Origin: an uncultured bacterium
GTDB lineage: Bacteria; Patescibacteriota; Microgenomatia; UBA1400; PJMF01
Direction of reading: 5' to 3'
DNA length: 64,000 bases
NCBI GenBank assembly: GCA_903842795.1
Contig: CAIMNJ010000011.1
Coordinates: 3,166-67,165 of the forward strand
Position numbers and translations under genes: made by a program. The notes beneath the pieces were generated by a model. That model was given only the letters and a program-made list of their open reading frames with translations, was not told where the DNA came from and did no database searches. Shown here piece by piece: positions 35,903-45,239 of this stretch. How positions within the stretch are numbered: the stretch's first letter is position 1; every line of letters starts with the position of its first letter.

Positions 35903-37673
35903 ATTTTTGTTACTTTTCGTGCTTTTTTTATCTATTTTTAGTTTTCTTTTGGCGCGTTTGATTGATGTGGAAATTATTAAAGGAAATTATTTCTTTGACT
36001 TGGCAGAAAATAATCGTTATTTTACAAAAAAAAGTCCCACAGAAAGAGCAGTTTTTTTGGATCGATATGGACAAGCTTTGGTCAAAAATCAAAAACAATA
36101 CTTCAAATATTTAAAAAAAGACCAGCTATATAGTGAAAAAGAATTCTTAAATCAAGAAGAAGCTTTGAATTTATTGGCCACTGATAGTGCTAGCGTTGGT
36201 TATGAATTTAGTAGGACTTATCCTTATAAAGAAGCCCTTTCTTCAGTTCTCGGCTATTTATCTCCAGTTACAGAAGATGATTTAATCAAGGATTCTAGCT
36301 TGGTTGTTTTTTCTAGAATTGGCAGGATGGGACTAGAACAATTTTTTGACAAAAATTTACAATCCAAAAGTTCTATAGCCAAATTTGAAATTAATGCTCT
36401 TGGCCAAACTCAACGTTTGGTATCAACAAATGAATCAGTTTATGGAGAGAATATTAGAACGACCATTGATCCTTATCTAAGTGAACTTGCTTATAAGGCA
36501 ATGGGTGAGAAAAAAGGTGCAGTGATTATTATGGATGCTTCCAATGGGGAGATTCTCACTTTGCTTAGTACTCCCAGCTTTGATGCTAATGTTTTTGAAG
36601 ATAGTTTTTTGAATAATTTATACAAAAGAAATGCCAAAGATAGTTTGGATAAAATAAAAAGCTATTTAAGTGATGAGGGGCAGGTGTTCTTTAATAGAAG
36701 CACTAGCGGAGTTTATCCTCCAGGATCAGTTTTTAAATTGGTGACAGCATTAGCTGCTTTGCAGGAAGGTGTTTTAGATGAAGACACAGTTGTTGATGAT
36801 CAAGGAATTCTTAAGGTTGGTGATTTTGAATATGCTAATTGGTATTTTACTCAATATGGAAGAGTTGAAGGAGCTGTTGATGTAAAAAAAGCTCTAATTC
36901 GTAGCAATGATATTTTTTTCTACAAAGCAGCAGAATGGCTTGGACCAGAAAAACTTGCCAAATATGCTCGTCTATTTGGTTTTGGCAAAACAACTGGTCT
37001 ACAAGCCAAAGAATCACTCGGTTTGGTGCCTGATCCAGAATGGAAGGAGGTGGAAAGGGGAGAAAATTGGTATCTTGGAAACACTTATCATTTTGGCATT
37101 GGTCAGGGTGACTTGTTGGTGACTCCAATCCAAGTTGCAGCTATGACTCAAGCAATTGCTAATCATGGACATCTCTGTCAGAGCTCTTTTTTACCAGCAT
37201 TGACTCAAAACTGTCGAGATTTAGTGATTGATGAAAAAAATTTAGAGTTAGTTTTGTCTGGGATGATAGGAGCTTGTAGTCAGGGTGGAACCGCTTATCC
37301 ACTTTTTCCCTATAATCAGAATTTAGCCAGCACCATTAATGAGCAAGATCTTTTATCTAGTGAGAAAATAAATCGTGGTATGGTTGCTTGCAAAACTGGT
37401 ACTGCTGAGTTTGGTGCTGCTGATGAAAAAGGTTATAGAAAAACACATGCTTGGACTACAGCTATAGTTGGCGTTGATCAGGCTAGAATGAAAAATCATG
37501 ATAACGTTGAATATCCAGATAAAAATGAATGGCTGAAGTTGATTAAAACTAACAATTTTCCAAACAAATTAGTAATTACTGTTTTGGTTGAGAGTGATGC
37601 TAATAAGATTTATAGCGAAGGATCTCAAGATGCAGCTCCAGTGATTGCTGAAATTTTAAATTGGATTTTTTGA
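35892..37673 (+). CDS. mrdA: Penicillin-binding protein 2 (class B transpeptidase)
   Basis: 'PPGSVFKLVTALAAL' (SxxK), 'IRSNDIFFY' (SxN) and 'CKTGTAEF' (KTG), with an N-terminal TM anchor. Confidence 0.85.
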   Translation: MRLKFLLLFVLFLSIFSFLLARLIDVEIIKGNYFFDLAENNRYFTKKSPTERAVFLDRYGQALVKNQKQYFKYLKKDQLYSEKEFLNQEEALNLLATDSASVGYEFSRTYPYKEALSSVLGYLSPVTEDDLIKDSSLVVFSRIGRMGLEQFFDKNLQSKSSIAKFEINALGQTQRLVSTNESVYGENIRTTIDPYLSELAYKAMGEKKGAVIIMDASNGEILTLLSTPSFDANVFEDSFLNNLYKRNAKDSLDKIKSYLSDEGQVFFNRSTSGVYPPGSVFKLVTALAALQEGVLDEDTVVDDQGILKVGDFEYANWYFTQYGRVEGAVDVKKALIRSNDIFFYKAAEWLGPEKLAKYARLFGFGKTTGLQAKESLGLVPDPEWKEVERGENWYLGNTYHFGIGQGDLLVTPIQVAAMTQAIANHGHLCQSSFLPALTQNCRDLVIDEKNLELVLSGMIGACSQGGTAYPLFPYNQNLASTINEQDLLSSEKINRGMVACKTGTAEFGAADEKGYRKTHAWTTAIVGVDQARMKNHDNVEYPDKNEWLKLIKTNNFPNKLVITVLVESDANKIYSEGSQDAAPVIAEILNWIF

Positions 37674-37747
37674 TTTTTTGTAATTTCCCAATCAGTTCCT
37701 TAGTTATTACGCTTTTTGCAACCTTGCTAATAGATACTTATTAATAA

Positions 37748-38905
37748 ATGCAAAACTTAAGCAAAAAATTGACTAGTGAACAGATTGCACATAAAGCTTT
37801 TTTAGTTACTTTAAATGCGATTAATGGTTTTGGCCAAAAAACTATTTTAAAAATTCTAAATTATTGCCAAGAAAGACATTTAGAACCAAAGGAATTTTTG
37901 GATAATAAATATAATGTTTGGAATGAAATTTCTTTATCAGAAAGATCTGTGGAATCAATCAAAAATTTCAAAAAAGCACACAATTTTATAGACTACTTGT
38001 CTAGCCTAGAGGATTCGGGTATTCAGGTGCTCACTTTTGAAGAAAAATCATACCCAAAATTACTTTTAGAAACTAATGATTTTCCACCAGTTTTACTTGT
38101 CAAAAGTTTGGTCAAGGTGGGGAGTTCAGCTTGGAAAATTGCTTTTGCAAACACAATTTCTGTAGTTGGAGCTAGAAAAATGACTTCTTATGGGCAATTG
38201 GTTCTTAAAAAAATGGTTCCTCCATTAGTTGCAGCCGGCAAAGTGGTTGTTTCTGGATTTATGTATGGCATCGATTTAACTGCTGCCAGAGTTGCTTTGG
38301 AAAATCATGGTCAAACGGTTGCGGTACTTGGATTTGGATTCAATCACTGCTTTCCATCAAGTCAGAAAAAAGTTATGGCTGATTTTCTTGAAAGAGGAGC
38401 AATTTTCCTGAGCGAATTTTCTCCAGAAGTTGTTGCTAAGGCCGCTAATTTTGTTATTCGCAACCGCATTGTGGCAGGTTTATCCAAAGCAACCCTGGTA
38501 GTTGAGGCAGCCAGACGTAGTGGTTCGCATATTACTGCAGGTTATGCCAATGATTACGGACGCTTAGTTATGGCTGTTCCAGGTCCAATTACCAATCCTT
38601 TTAGTGATGGTACAAAGGCTTTAATTACTCAGGGGGCAGTGTTGGTCAATAGCGCAATGGATATTCTGGATGAAATTAAGGAGGACTATCATTTAAATTT
38701 TTTCAACTCTAGTGAAGATAATATGGATGGAAATCAGCAGGTTAAGGTTTTGCTGGAGAACTTAAGTTTTTTTCCAGAAATCAGTTTCGATGACCTTTTA
38801 AAGAGCACTAAATTAACTTCTGAGCAGTTAAATCAACTCTTATTTGATTTGGAATTACAAGGTAAAATTATCAAAAAATGGGGTAAGTATTGCTTAGTGA
38901 GCTAG
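37748..38905 (+). CDS. dprA: DNA-processing protein DprA (Smf)
   Basis: Rossmann-like DprA core 'VVSGFMYGIDLTAARVALENHGQTVAVLGFGFNHCFP...SEFSPEVVAKAANFVIRNRIVAGLSKATLVVEAARRSGSHITA...GRLVMAVPGPI'. Confidence 0.85.
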   Translation: MQNLSKKLTSEQIAHKAFLVTLNAINGFGQKTILKILNYCQERHLEPKEFLDNKYNVWNEISLSERSVESIKNFKKAHNFIDYLSSLEDSGIQVLTFEEKSYPKLLLETNDFPPVLLVKSLVKVGSSAWKIAFANTISVVGARKMTSYGQLVLKKMVPPLVAAGKVVVSGFMYGIDLTAARVALENHGQTVAVLGFGFNHCFPSSQKKVMADFLERGAIFLSEFSPEVVAKAANFVIRNRIVAGLSKATLVVEAARRSGSHITAGYANDYGRLVMAVPGPITNPFSDGTKALITQGAVLVNSAMDILDEIKEDYHLNFFNSSEDNMDGNQQVKVLLENLSFFPEISFDDLLKSTKLTSEQLNQLLFDLELQGKIIKKWGKYCLVS

Positions 38906-38990
38906 AATACAGCTAGAATGGGCAACTGTTGCATCTTTTTGATAAGAGGGTTTGCTTAGAACTACTAAACAAACCAAGAAAGTTTTTATT

Positions 38991-41228
38991 ATGGACTTAG
39001 TTGTAGTCGAATCACCTACAAAAGCAAGAAAACTCAAAGATTATTTGGGTGGTAAATATGCTATAGAAGCTTCTGTTGGTCACGTGAGAGATTTACCAAA
39101 AAAAACTTTAGGAATTGATTTAGAAAAAAACTATCAGCCAGTCTATGAGGTTAGTGCAGATAAAAAGAAAGTAGTTTCCAATCTTCGTAAATTAGCTAAG
39201 AGTGCAGATAAAATTTATTTAGCAACTGACCCTGATCGCGAAGGGGAAGCAATTGCCTGGCATATAAAATTTCTTTTGCAGGATGCCAAAAATGAAGATA
39301 AGTTTTATCGTTCCACTTTTCATGAAATTACCAAAGAAGCCGTCAAAAAAGCAATAGATAAGCCAAGTAAGCTTAATTTGGACTTGGTTAATGCACAGCA
39401 AGCCCGTCGTGTTTTAGATAGATTAGTTGGATATCAAGTTTCTCCTGTTCTTTGGAAAAAAATTCGTCGCGGTTTATCTGCGGGTCGTGTGCAGTCAGTC
39501 GCTCTGCGCTTAATTGTTGAGAGGGAAAAAGAAATCACCGCTTTTAAACCAGAAGAATTCTGGGAATTGTCGGTGGCTTTATCAAAAGCTGGAATATTGG
39601 AGGAACAGAAAGTTTTCGATCAAGATGGCAAACCAAAAACAGATCTAGATCAAAATATTTTTGTAGCGGTTTTAGATAAAATAAATGATAAAAAAGCCAA
39701 AATTGACAATGGAGAGATGGCCAAAATGGTTTCTCAAGATTTACTTATTGGCAGCTATACTGTTGATAAGGTTGAGAAAACAGAACGTAGTCGTCAGAGT
39801 TTGCCTCCGTTTACAACTTCATTAATTCAACAGGCAGCGGCCACCAGTTTTGGTTTTTCTGCCAAGCAAACCATGAGTTTGGCCCAAAGACTTTATGAAG
39901 AAGGTTTAATTACTTACCATCGTACCGATTCTTTTAATTTGGCTTCTTCGGCAATTGAAAAAGCAAGAGAATATATTAGTGCTCAGTTTGGTAAGGAATA
40001 TTTGCCAGCTAAAGCAAGAGTTTTTGCTAAAAAATCTAAGAATGCTCAGGAGGCTCATGAAGCAATCCGTGTCACTGATTTAACAATTGATAAAAATAAT
40101 ATTTTACAAAAAGCACCATCTTTGACTGATCAACATATTAAGTTATATGACTTGGTATGGAGAAGATTTTTAGCTTCTCAGATGAATGCTGCCATTTATG
40201 ATCAAACCACCATTCTGGTGCAAGCTGTTGCTAAGGAAAAAAAGAATAAATATTTGTTGCGAAGCAGTGGTTCAGTCGTTAGATTTGATGGCTGGAGAAG
40301 GTTGTTCACTGTGGCGGAAGATCAAATTCTTCCAGAACTCAAAGATGGCGAAGCTCTTACTTATCTTGACTTATCTTCCATCCAAAAATTTACTCAAGCT
40401 CCACCCAGATATAATGACGCTTCTTTGGTCAAAGAACTGGAAAAAAGAGGGATTGGAAGACCAAGTACCTATGCATCTATAATTTCTGTAATTGTTGACC
40501 GAGCCTATGTAGAAAGAACCCAAAAGAAGTTTTTTGCTACACCAATTGGCATAACAGTGTGTGACTTCTTAATTCAACATTTCGCCAACTTCATGGATTA
40601 TGATTTTACCGCTTCAATGGAAGAGGATTTAGACTTAATTGCTCTTGGTCAAAAAGATTGGGTCAACGTTATAGATTTGTTTTATAAACCACTTTCTGCA
40701 AAAATTAGCGACGTAACCAAAGAAGCTGATCGTGTGCAAGTTCCAGTAGAGCAAACAGGAGAAAAGTGTCCAGAGTGCGGTGAAGGCGAAGTAGTTATTC
40801 GTACTGGTCGATTTGGAAAATTTAGAAGTTGCAGTCGCTTTCCTGATTGCAAATATACAAAAAATATTGTCGAAACATTGCCTGATCAACATTGTCCTCT
40901 TTGCGGTGAAGGAGAAGTAGTTGTCAAGAATACCAGATGGGGAAAACCATTTTATGGTTGTTCTCTTTACCCAAAGTGCGATTTTGCTTCTTGGAAAAAG
41001 CCAGATCCAAACTATAAATTAACTCAAGAAGAATGGGCAGATCTGAAAAGAAAAAGAGAAGAGTGGAAAGAAAGAATGGGCAAAAACAAGAAAACAGCTT
41101 CAGGTGAAAAACCCCAAGCCGCAGTTAAGAAAAAATCAGCAATCAAAAAAACTGCAAAAAATACTGTAAAAAAAACATCCAAAAAGTCCACTAAGAAATC
41201 TGCTCCAAAAACCAAATCTAAATCTTAA
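38991..41228 (+). CDS. topA: DNA topoisomerase I
   Basis: Toprim 'LVVVESPTKARKLKDYLG...ASVGHVRDLP'. C-terminal zinc ribbons 'CPECGEGEVVIRTGRFGKFRSCSRFPDC' and 'CPLCGEGEVVVKNTRWGKPFYGC', followed by a Lys-rich tail. Start is taken at MDLVVV (38991). Confidence 0.95.
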   Translation: MDLVVVESPTKARKLKDYLGGKYAIEASVGHVRDLPKKTLGIDLEKNYQPVYEVSADKKKVVSNLRKLAKSADKIYLATDPDREGEAIAWHIKFLLQDAKNEDKFYRSTFHEITKEAVKKAIDKPSKLNLDLVNAQQARRVLDRLVGYQVSPVLWKKIRRGLSAGRVQSVALRLIVEREKEITAFKPEEFWELSVALSKAGILEEQKVFDQDGKPKTDLDQNIFVAVLDKINDKKAKIDNGEMAKMVSQDLLIGSYTVDKVEKTERSRQSLPPFTTSLIQQAAATSFGFSAKQTMSLAQRLYEEGLITYHRTDSFNLASSAIEKAREYISAQFGKEYLPAKARVFAKKSKNAQEAHEAIRVTDLTIDKNNILQKAPSLTDQHIKLYDLVWRRFLASQMNAAIYDQTTILVQAVAKEKKNKYLLRSSGSVVRFDGWRRLFTVAEDQILPELKDGEALTYLDLSSIQKFTQAPPRYNDASLVKELEKRGIGRPSTYASIISVIVDRAYVERTQKKFFATPIGITVCDFLIQHFANFMDYDFTASMEEDLDLIALGQKDWVNVIDLFYKPLSAKISDVTKEADRVQVPVEQTGEKCPECGEGEVVIRTGRFGKFRSCSRFPDCKYTKNIVETLPDQHCPLCGEGEVVVKNTRWGKPFYGCSLYPKCDFASWKKPDPNYKLTQEEWADLKRKREEWKERMGKNKKTASGEKPQAAVKKKSAIKKTAKNTVKKTSKKSTKKSAPKTKSKS

Positions 41229-41232
41229 ATCT

Positions 41233-41841
41233 ATGAAAATTCTTGTTTTTGGAGGGACTTTTAATCCACCGCATTTGGGACACCAATTGATGGTCGAACA
41301 GGTTTTGCTCAATTCGCTAAATGATGGAACAGTTTTTGATCAAGTTTGGTTGTTGCCAGTTGGAAAACATAGCTTTCTAAAGAATTTTATTGATAAAAAT
41401 CATCGTTTAGCAATGCTGCAATTAATGATAGAAAGCATTTGTGAAAAACATGAGGAATTAAGGGGAAAAATTCGTATTGAAACATATGAGCTAGAGCACA
41501 GTGAAGAAAGCCAGACATTTAACACTTTGGAAGCTCTTGCACAAAAGTATCCAGAAAATAAGTTTTCTTTTTTGATTGGTTCGGATAATTTGTCCAAATT
41601 TAGCCTTTGGCATAATTATCTGCTAATGCTAGAAAAGTTTAAATTTTATGTTTATCCTAGAGTTTCCTTTCCTTTTTCACCAATGTTGCAAGGGATGGTC
41701 GCTCTAAATGATTTTCCACAGATGGAAGTATCATCTAGCAAAGTAAGATTGGCTTTGGCAAATAATACTAGTCTAAAAGATCTTTTAAACATTAAAATAA
41801 TTAACTATATAAAAGAAAAAAAATTATATGGCAAAAACTAA
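41233..41841 (+). CDS. nadD: Nicotinate-nucleotide adenylyltransferase
   Basis: 'ILVFGGTFNPPHLGHQLM' (the (H/T)xGH motif) and 'FLIGSDNLSKFSLW'. Confidence 0.85.
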   Translation: MKILVFGGTFNPPHLGHQLMVEQVLLNSLNDGTVFDQVWLLPVGKHSFLKNFIDKNHRLAMLQLMIESICEKHEELRGKIRIETYELEHSEESQTFNTLEALAQKYPENKFSFLIGSDNLSKFSLWHNYLLMLEKFKFYVYPRVSFPFSPMLQGMVALNDFPQMEVSSSKVRLALANNTSLKDLLNIKIINYIKEKKLYGKN

Positions 41842-42136
41842 ATACCAAGAATATTACCAAAAAATGGTTACAGAGAATCGTCAACTTTTTGATGAATTTT
41901 TAAAGATTAATGATCTTTTTAAGGCAGATCCACAATCAAATGCAGAGCAATTTCATTTGGTTGGACAAAAGGTTCTAGACAAAGTCAGAGATTTTGATCG
42001 TCGTCTTTGCAGTGCTATGGGTAGAGGTGTTTTTAGCACTTATTCACAAAAACTTTCAGAGAAGTTCTGGGATTTAGTTAGAAAAGATTTTGATCAAATT
42101 GATATGGTGGGAGTCAAGGTTAAAACCATTAAATAA
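41828..42136 (+). CDS. Hypothetical protein
   Basis: 102 aa; overlaps the nadD 3' end by 14 nt. Confidence 0.4.
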   Translation: MAKTKYQEYYQKMVTENRQLFDEFLKINDLFKADPQSNAEQFHLVGQKVLDKVRDFDRRLCSAMGRGVFSTYSQKLSEKFWDLVRKDFDQIDMVGVKVKTIK

Positions 42137-42176
42137 AATTTGTGCGAACATTTTTATAGTGTGCTAGAATGGAATT

Positions 42177-42452
42177 ATGTTTAGAAATCCTTACGCCCCA
42201 GACTTTTTTCCATTTTTTTCTTGTTTCATGGTTTTTATGATTATTGTTTTTGTTGCGGACGCTATTCTTAGGGGTATTGCTCTTTGGCGCGCTGCGCGCG
42301 CCAACCAAGTGCCTTGGTTTATTGCTCTAATGGTTCTAAATACGATGGGTATTTTGCCAATTATTTACTTGAGTTTCTTTGCAGAAAAACCACTATACAA
42401 AACCAATTCAAAACAAACTACCAAAAAGCCTGCCAGGCGTAAATCACGCTAA
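42177..42452 (+). CDS. Small hypothetical membrane protein
   Basis: Two TM segments and a C-terminal basic tail 'TTKKPARRKSR'. Confidence 0.4.
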   Translation: MFRNPYAPDFFPFFSCFMVFMIIVFVADAILRGIALWRAARANQVPWFIALMVLNTMGILPIIYLSFFAEKPLYKTNSKQTTKKPARRKSR

Positions 42453-42463
42453 AGAAAATTTCT

Positions 42464-43240
42464 ATGAATGAGATAGCGTTTGATGCTTCAGAGCAAATTA
42501 AAACGATTGTTTCTTTTTTACAAAAAACTTTTGCCGCAACTGAAAAAAAACAGGCAGTAATTGCTGTTTCTGGAGGAATTGATAGTGCTTTGTCTTTATC
42601 TCTATTAGTTAAGGCGTTGCCAAAAGAACAAATTTGGCCAATTCTCTTGCCATATGATCGCCAGGATATGAGTGATGCTCAAAAGATTTTGGATTTTTGG
42701 CAGATTCCGGCGGAAAACAGAAAAATTCTCAACATTGCCTCTATGGTGGATGCTGCTTGTAAATCTTTACAAATAGAACCTTCAGATAAGCTTAGAAAAG
42801 GCAATGTCATGGCTAGAGTTCGTATGATTGCCATTTTTGATTATGCTAAGTTTAAGAATGCTTTGGTGGTGGGAACAGAAAATAAGTCTGAGTACTATTT
42901 GGGTTATTTTACAAGATTTGGTGATGAAGCTTCCGATCTTGAGCCTTTATCAACTTTATACAAGACGCAAGTGCGAGAGTTGGTTATTGAATTGGGTTTG
43001 CCAGCAGTTTTTTTAAACAAAGCTCCTTCAGCTGATTTATGGAAAGATCAAAGTGATGAGATTGAATTTGGTTTTGATTATGCTTTGGCAGATCAAGTTT
43101 TAAATTATTTATTTGATCAAAAAAAAGAAGCAGCTGAAATTCCGTTAATGTTTCCTGAACAACAGCGACTTTTAGCAAAAAAAGTTTTAGAAAGAGTGGA
43201 GCAAATGGCATTCAAGCATCTGGTGCCTTATCATCTATAA
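42464..43240 (+). CDS. nadE: NH3-dependent NAD+ synthetase
   Basis: PP-loop 'AVIAVSGGIDSALS', 'MARVRMIAIFDYA' and 'GTENKSEYYLGYFTRFGD'. Confidence 0.9.
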   Translation: MNEIAFDASEQIKTIVSFLQKTFAATEKKQAVIAVSGGIDSALSLSLLVKALPKEQIWPILLPYDRQDMSDAQKILDFWQIPAENRKILNIASMVDAACKSLQIEPSDKLRKGNVMARVRMIAIFDYAKFKNALVVGTENKSEYYLGYFTRFGDEASDLEPLSTLYKTQVRELVIELGLPAVFLNKAPSADLWKDQSDEIEFGFDYALADQVLNYLFDQKKEAAEIPLMFPEQQRLLAKKVLERVEQMAFKHLVPYHL

Positions 43241-43248
43241 AATAAACT

Positions 43249-43812
43249 ATGAACAATTGCAGCGCACGCATCATTTTAAAAGCATCAGACATTGAGCCAG
43301 TAGTCAAAAAACTCCATCAAGAGAATAAAAAGATTGTTTTGACACAGGGTTCTTTTGATTTGGTTCATATTGGTCATGCTCGTTATTGTGATGCTGCTCG
43401 TGATTTTGGTGATGTTCTAATTGTTGGTGTAGATAGTGATGAAAAAGTGCGTCAACGCAAAGGCCCAAATCGTCCTATTGTTCCTGAAGATGAGCGTATG
43501 GAGATGCTAACTCACCTTCGTAGTGTTGATTATGTCATTCTCAAAGAAGCCGGTGAGGAAAAATTTAATTTGATTAAGTTGATTAAACCAGATGTATTAA
43601 TTGCTACAGCTGCCACTTACGATGCTAGAACAATCAAAAAGTTAGAAAAAATTTGCGGCAAAGTAGTCGTGTTGGATCCTATGGCTACAACCTCTACAAC
43701 CGCAAAAATTCGTTTGATGCAAATGAGTACGGCTCGTAAGATTGAAGATCGTATGAAAACCAAAATTATCAAGAGCATTGAGGAAGTTTTGGAAGAGTTG
43801 CGTACTTCTTAA
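43249..43812 (+). CDS. Cytidylyltransferase-like nucleotidyltransferase (HldE/RfaE domain-II-like)
   Basis: 'TQGSFDLVHIGHARY...LIVGVDSDEKVRQRKGPNRPIVPEDERMEMLTHLRSVDYVI' closely parallels the heptose-1-P adenylyltransferase 'NGCFDILHAGH...LIVAVNSD.S..RLKG..RP.NP..QRM.VL.AL..VDWVV'. Confidence 0.7.
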   Translation: MNNCSARIILKASDIEPVVKKLHQENKKIVLTQGSFDLVHIGHARYCDAARDFGDVLIVGVDSDEKVRQRKGPNRPIVPEDERMEMLTHLRSVDYVILKEAGEEKFNLIKLIKPDVLIATAATYDARTIKKLEKICGKVVVLDPMATTSTTAKIRLMQMSTARKIEDRMKTKIIKSIEEVLEELRTS

Positions 43813-43817
43813 AGTTT

Positions 43818-44741
43818 ATGAAACAAATCATTATTGCTTACATTCCAGTTTTACATCGTGGCTATCAGGAATTTTTGACTAAGTATCCTGGGGCTGATCT
43901 TTATTTGTTGGACAAAGAAGAGTTATTGGATTTTGAAGAATTAGAATATTTAAAGAAAGATATTCGGGTTTTGGACTTATCTTTGGCTGTAAGATCAATT
44001 GATTCATGGGAGATATTTAAGATTGTAAAATCAATTAAATTAAAGGAATTAGAGAAAATTAATTACCCAAGTGATAAAACCAAATTTATTTTTACCAATG
44101 ATGATATTGGACAATTTGTTGCTGCTAAATTCTTTTCTAAAAACAAGAATAAATTATTTGAACCAATTTTTTTACGTTGGGACAAAAATTTAATCAATTC
44201 ACAAAATGAAGTGCCTAATGATATTGTGATAAGTAGGGAAGAATTTGAACAGCAACATATGAAACAAGCTTTTATGGAAGCTGGCAAAAGTAGCGATTGG
44301 TGGAGACATGTGGGAAGTTTAATTGTTAAGGATGGAGAAGTTGTTTTGGCTGGCTACAATCATCATTTGCCAAATAATGATCAGCAATACAAGAATGGTG
44401 ATCCGCGTACCTCTTTTATTTCTGGCATTGGAACTGATTTTACAAGTTCCATTCATGCTGAAGCGAATTTAATTGCTTTGGCTGCTAAAAAAGGCGTTTC
44501 TCTTGAGGGAGCAGCGATTTTTGCCACCACTTTTCCTTGTCCGGTTTGTGCCAAGCAAATTGCTATTTCAGGAATAAAAAAAGTTTACTATGCCAAGGGC
44601 TATGCTGTGTTAGATGGTATGGAAATTTTTAAGAGTTTTGGAGTTGAGGTGATTTTAGTTAAATTCTCTAAGGAAGAATTTTTGGAAATTGAAAAATTAG
44701 AACAAGAAAGATCAATTGTTAAAGATTGTTATAGTCTTTAG
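43818..44741 (+). CDS. dCMP/cytidine deaminase-family protein with an N-terminal ~150-aa extra domain
   Basis: Zinc-binding 'HAEANLI' and 'PCPVCAKQI' (H-A-E / PCxxC of CDA-fold deaminases); the N-terminal domain is unassigned. Confidence 0.7.
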   Translation: MKQIIIAYIPVLHRGYQEFLTKYPGADLYLLDKEELLDFEELEYLKKDIRVLDLSLAVRSIDSWEIFKIVKSIKLKELEKINYPSDKTKFIFTNDDIGQFVAAKFFSKNKNKLFEPIFLRWDKNLINSQNEVPNDIVISREEFEQQHMKQAFMEAGKSSDWWRHVGSLIVKDGEVVLAGYNHHLPNNDQQYKNGDPRTSFISGIGTDFTSSIHAEANLIALAAKKGVSLEGAAIFATTFPCPVCAKQIAISGIKKVYYAKGYAVLDGMEIFKSFGVEVILVKFSKEEFLEIEKLEQERSIVKDCYSL

Positions 44742-45212
44742 CTAAACTCTTTTTTCCCACTGTAATCCGAGCTTAATTTTGACTGGTTCAAAGTCTTCTG
44801 ACATGGCATCAGGAACGACCAGCTGAACATGGAGGTGATTTACAGTGCCGGCAGAAAAGTCGGTATCACCAAAACGCATGGCAAATCCACCTCCTTCAAA
44901 AGCAAAATTTTGCTCCAATTCTTTAATTAAATCAAACATTTCAGTGCCAGCAGCAGAATCCAATTCAGTTAATTTGACGGCATGTTGTTTGTAGATTAAG
45001 AGTAAATGATGTTTTGTATGTTTATATGGCCACTGATTTTTGGTAACTAGCCAATATTTGCCTTCTCTTAAGATGGGATTTTTATGATAAAGACGCAGAT
45101 TTTTTTCGCAAAATGGGCAATGAGCTCTGTCGGCGATTTTTTTCATCACTTCAATTTGATCGTCTTCTCTAGAATTATTGATATTGATGAAACTGTTTTT
45201 ATTTTTAGTCAT
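44742..45212 (-). CDS. HIT-family (histidine triad) hydrolase/transferase
   Basis: 'VNHLHVQLVVP' (HxHxHxx) and 'CPFC' at the N-terminus. Confidence 0.8.
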   Translation of the reverse strand: MTKNKNSFININNSREDDQIEVMKKIADRAHCPFCEKNLRLYHKNPILREGKYWLVTKNQWPYKHTKHHLLLIYKQHAVKLTELDSAAGTEMFDLIKELEQNFAFEGGGFAMRFGDTDFSAGTVNHLHVQLVVPDAMSEDFEPVKIKLGLQWEKRV

Positions 45213-45239
45213 GTGGCTTTCGCAGATGTGTAAAGATTT

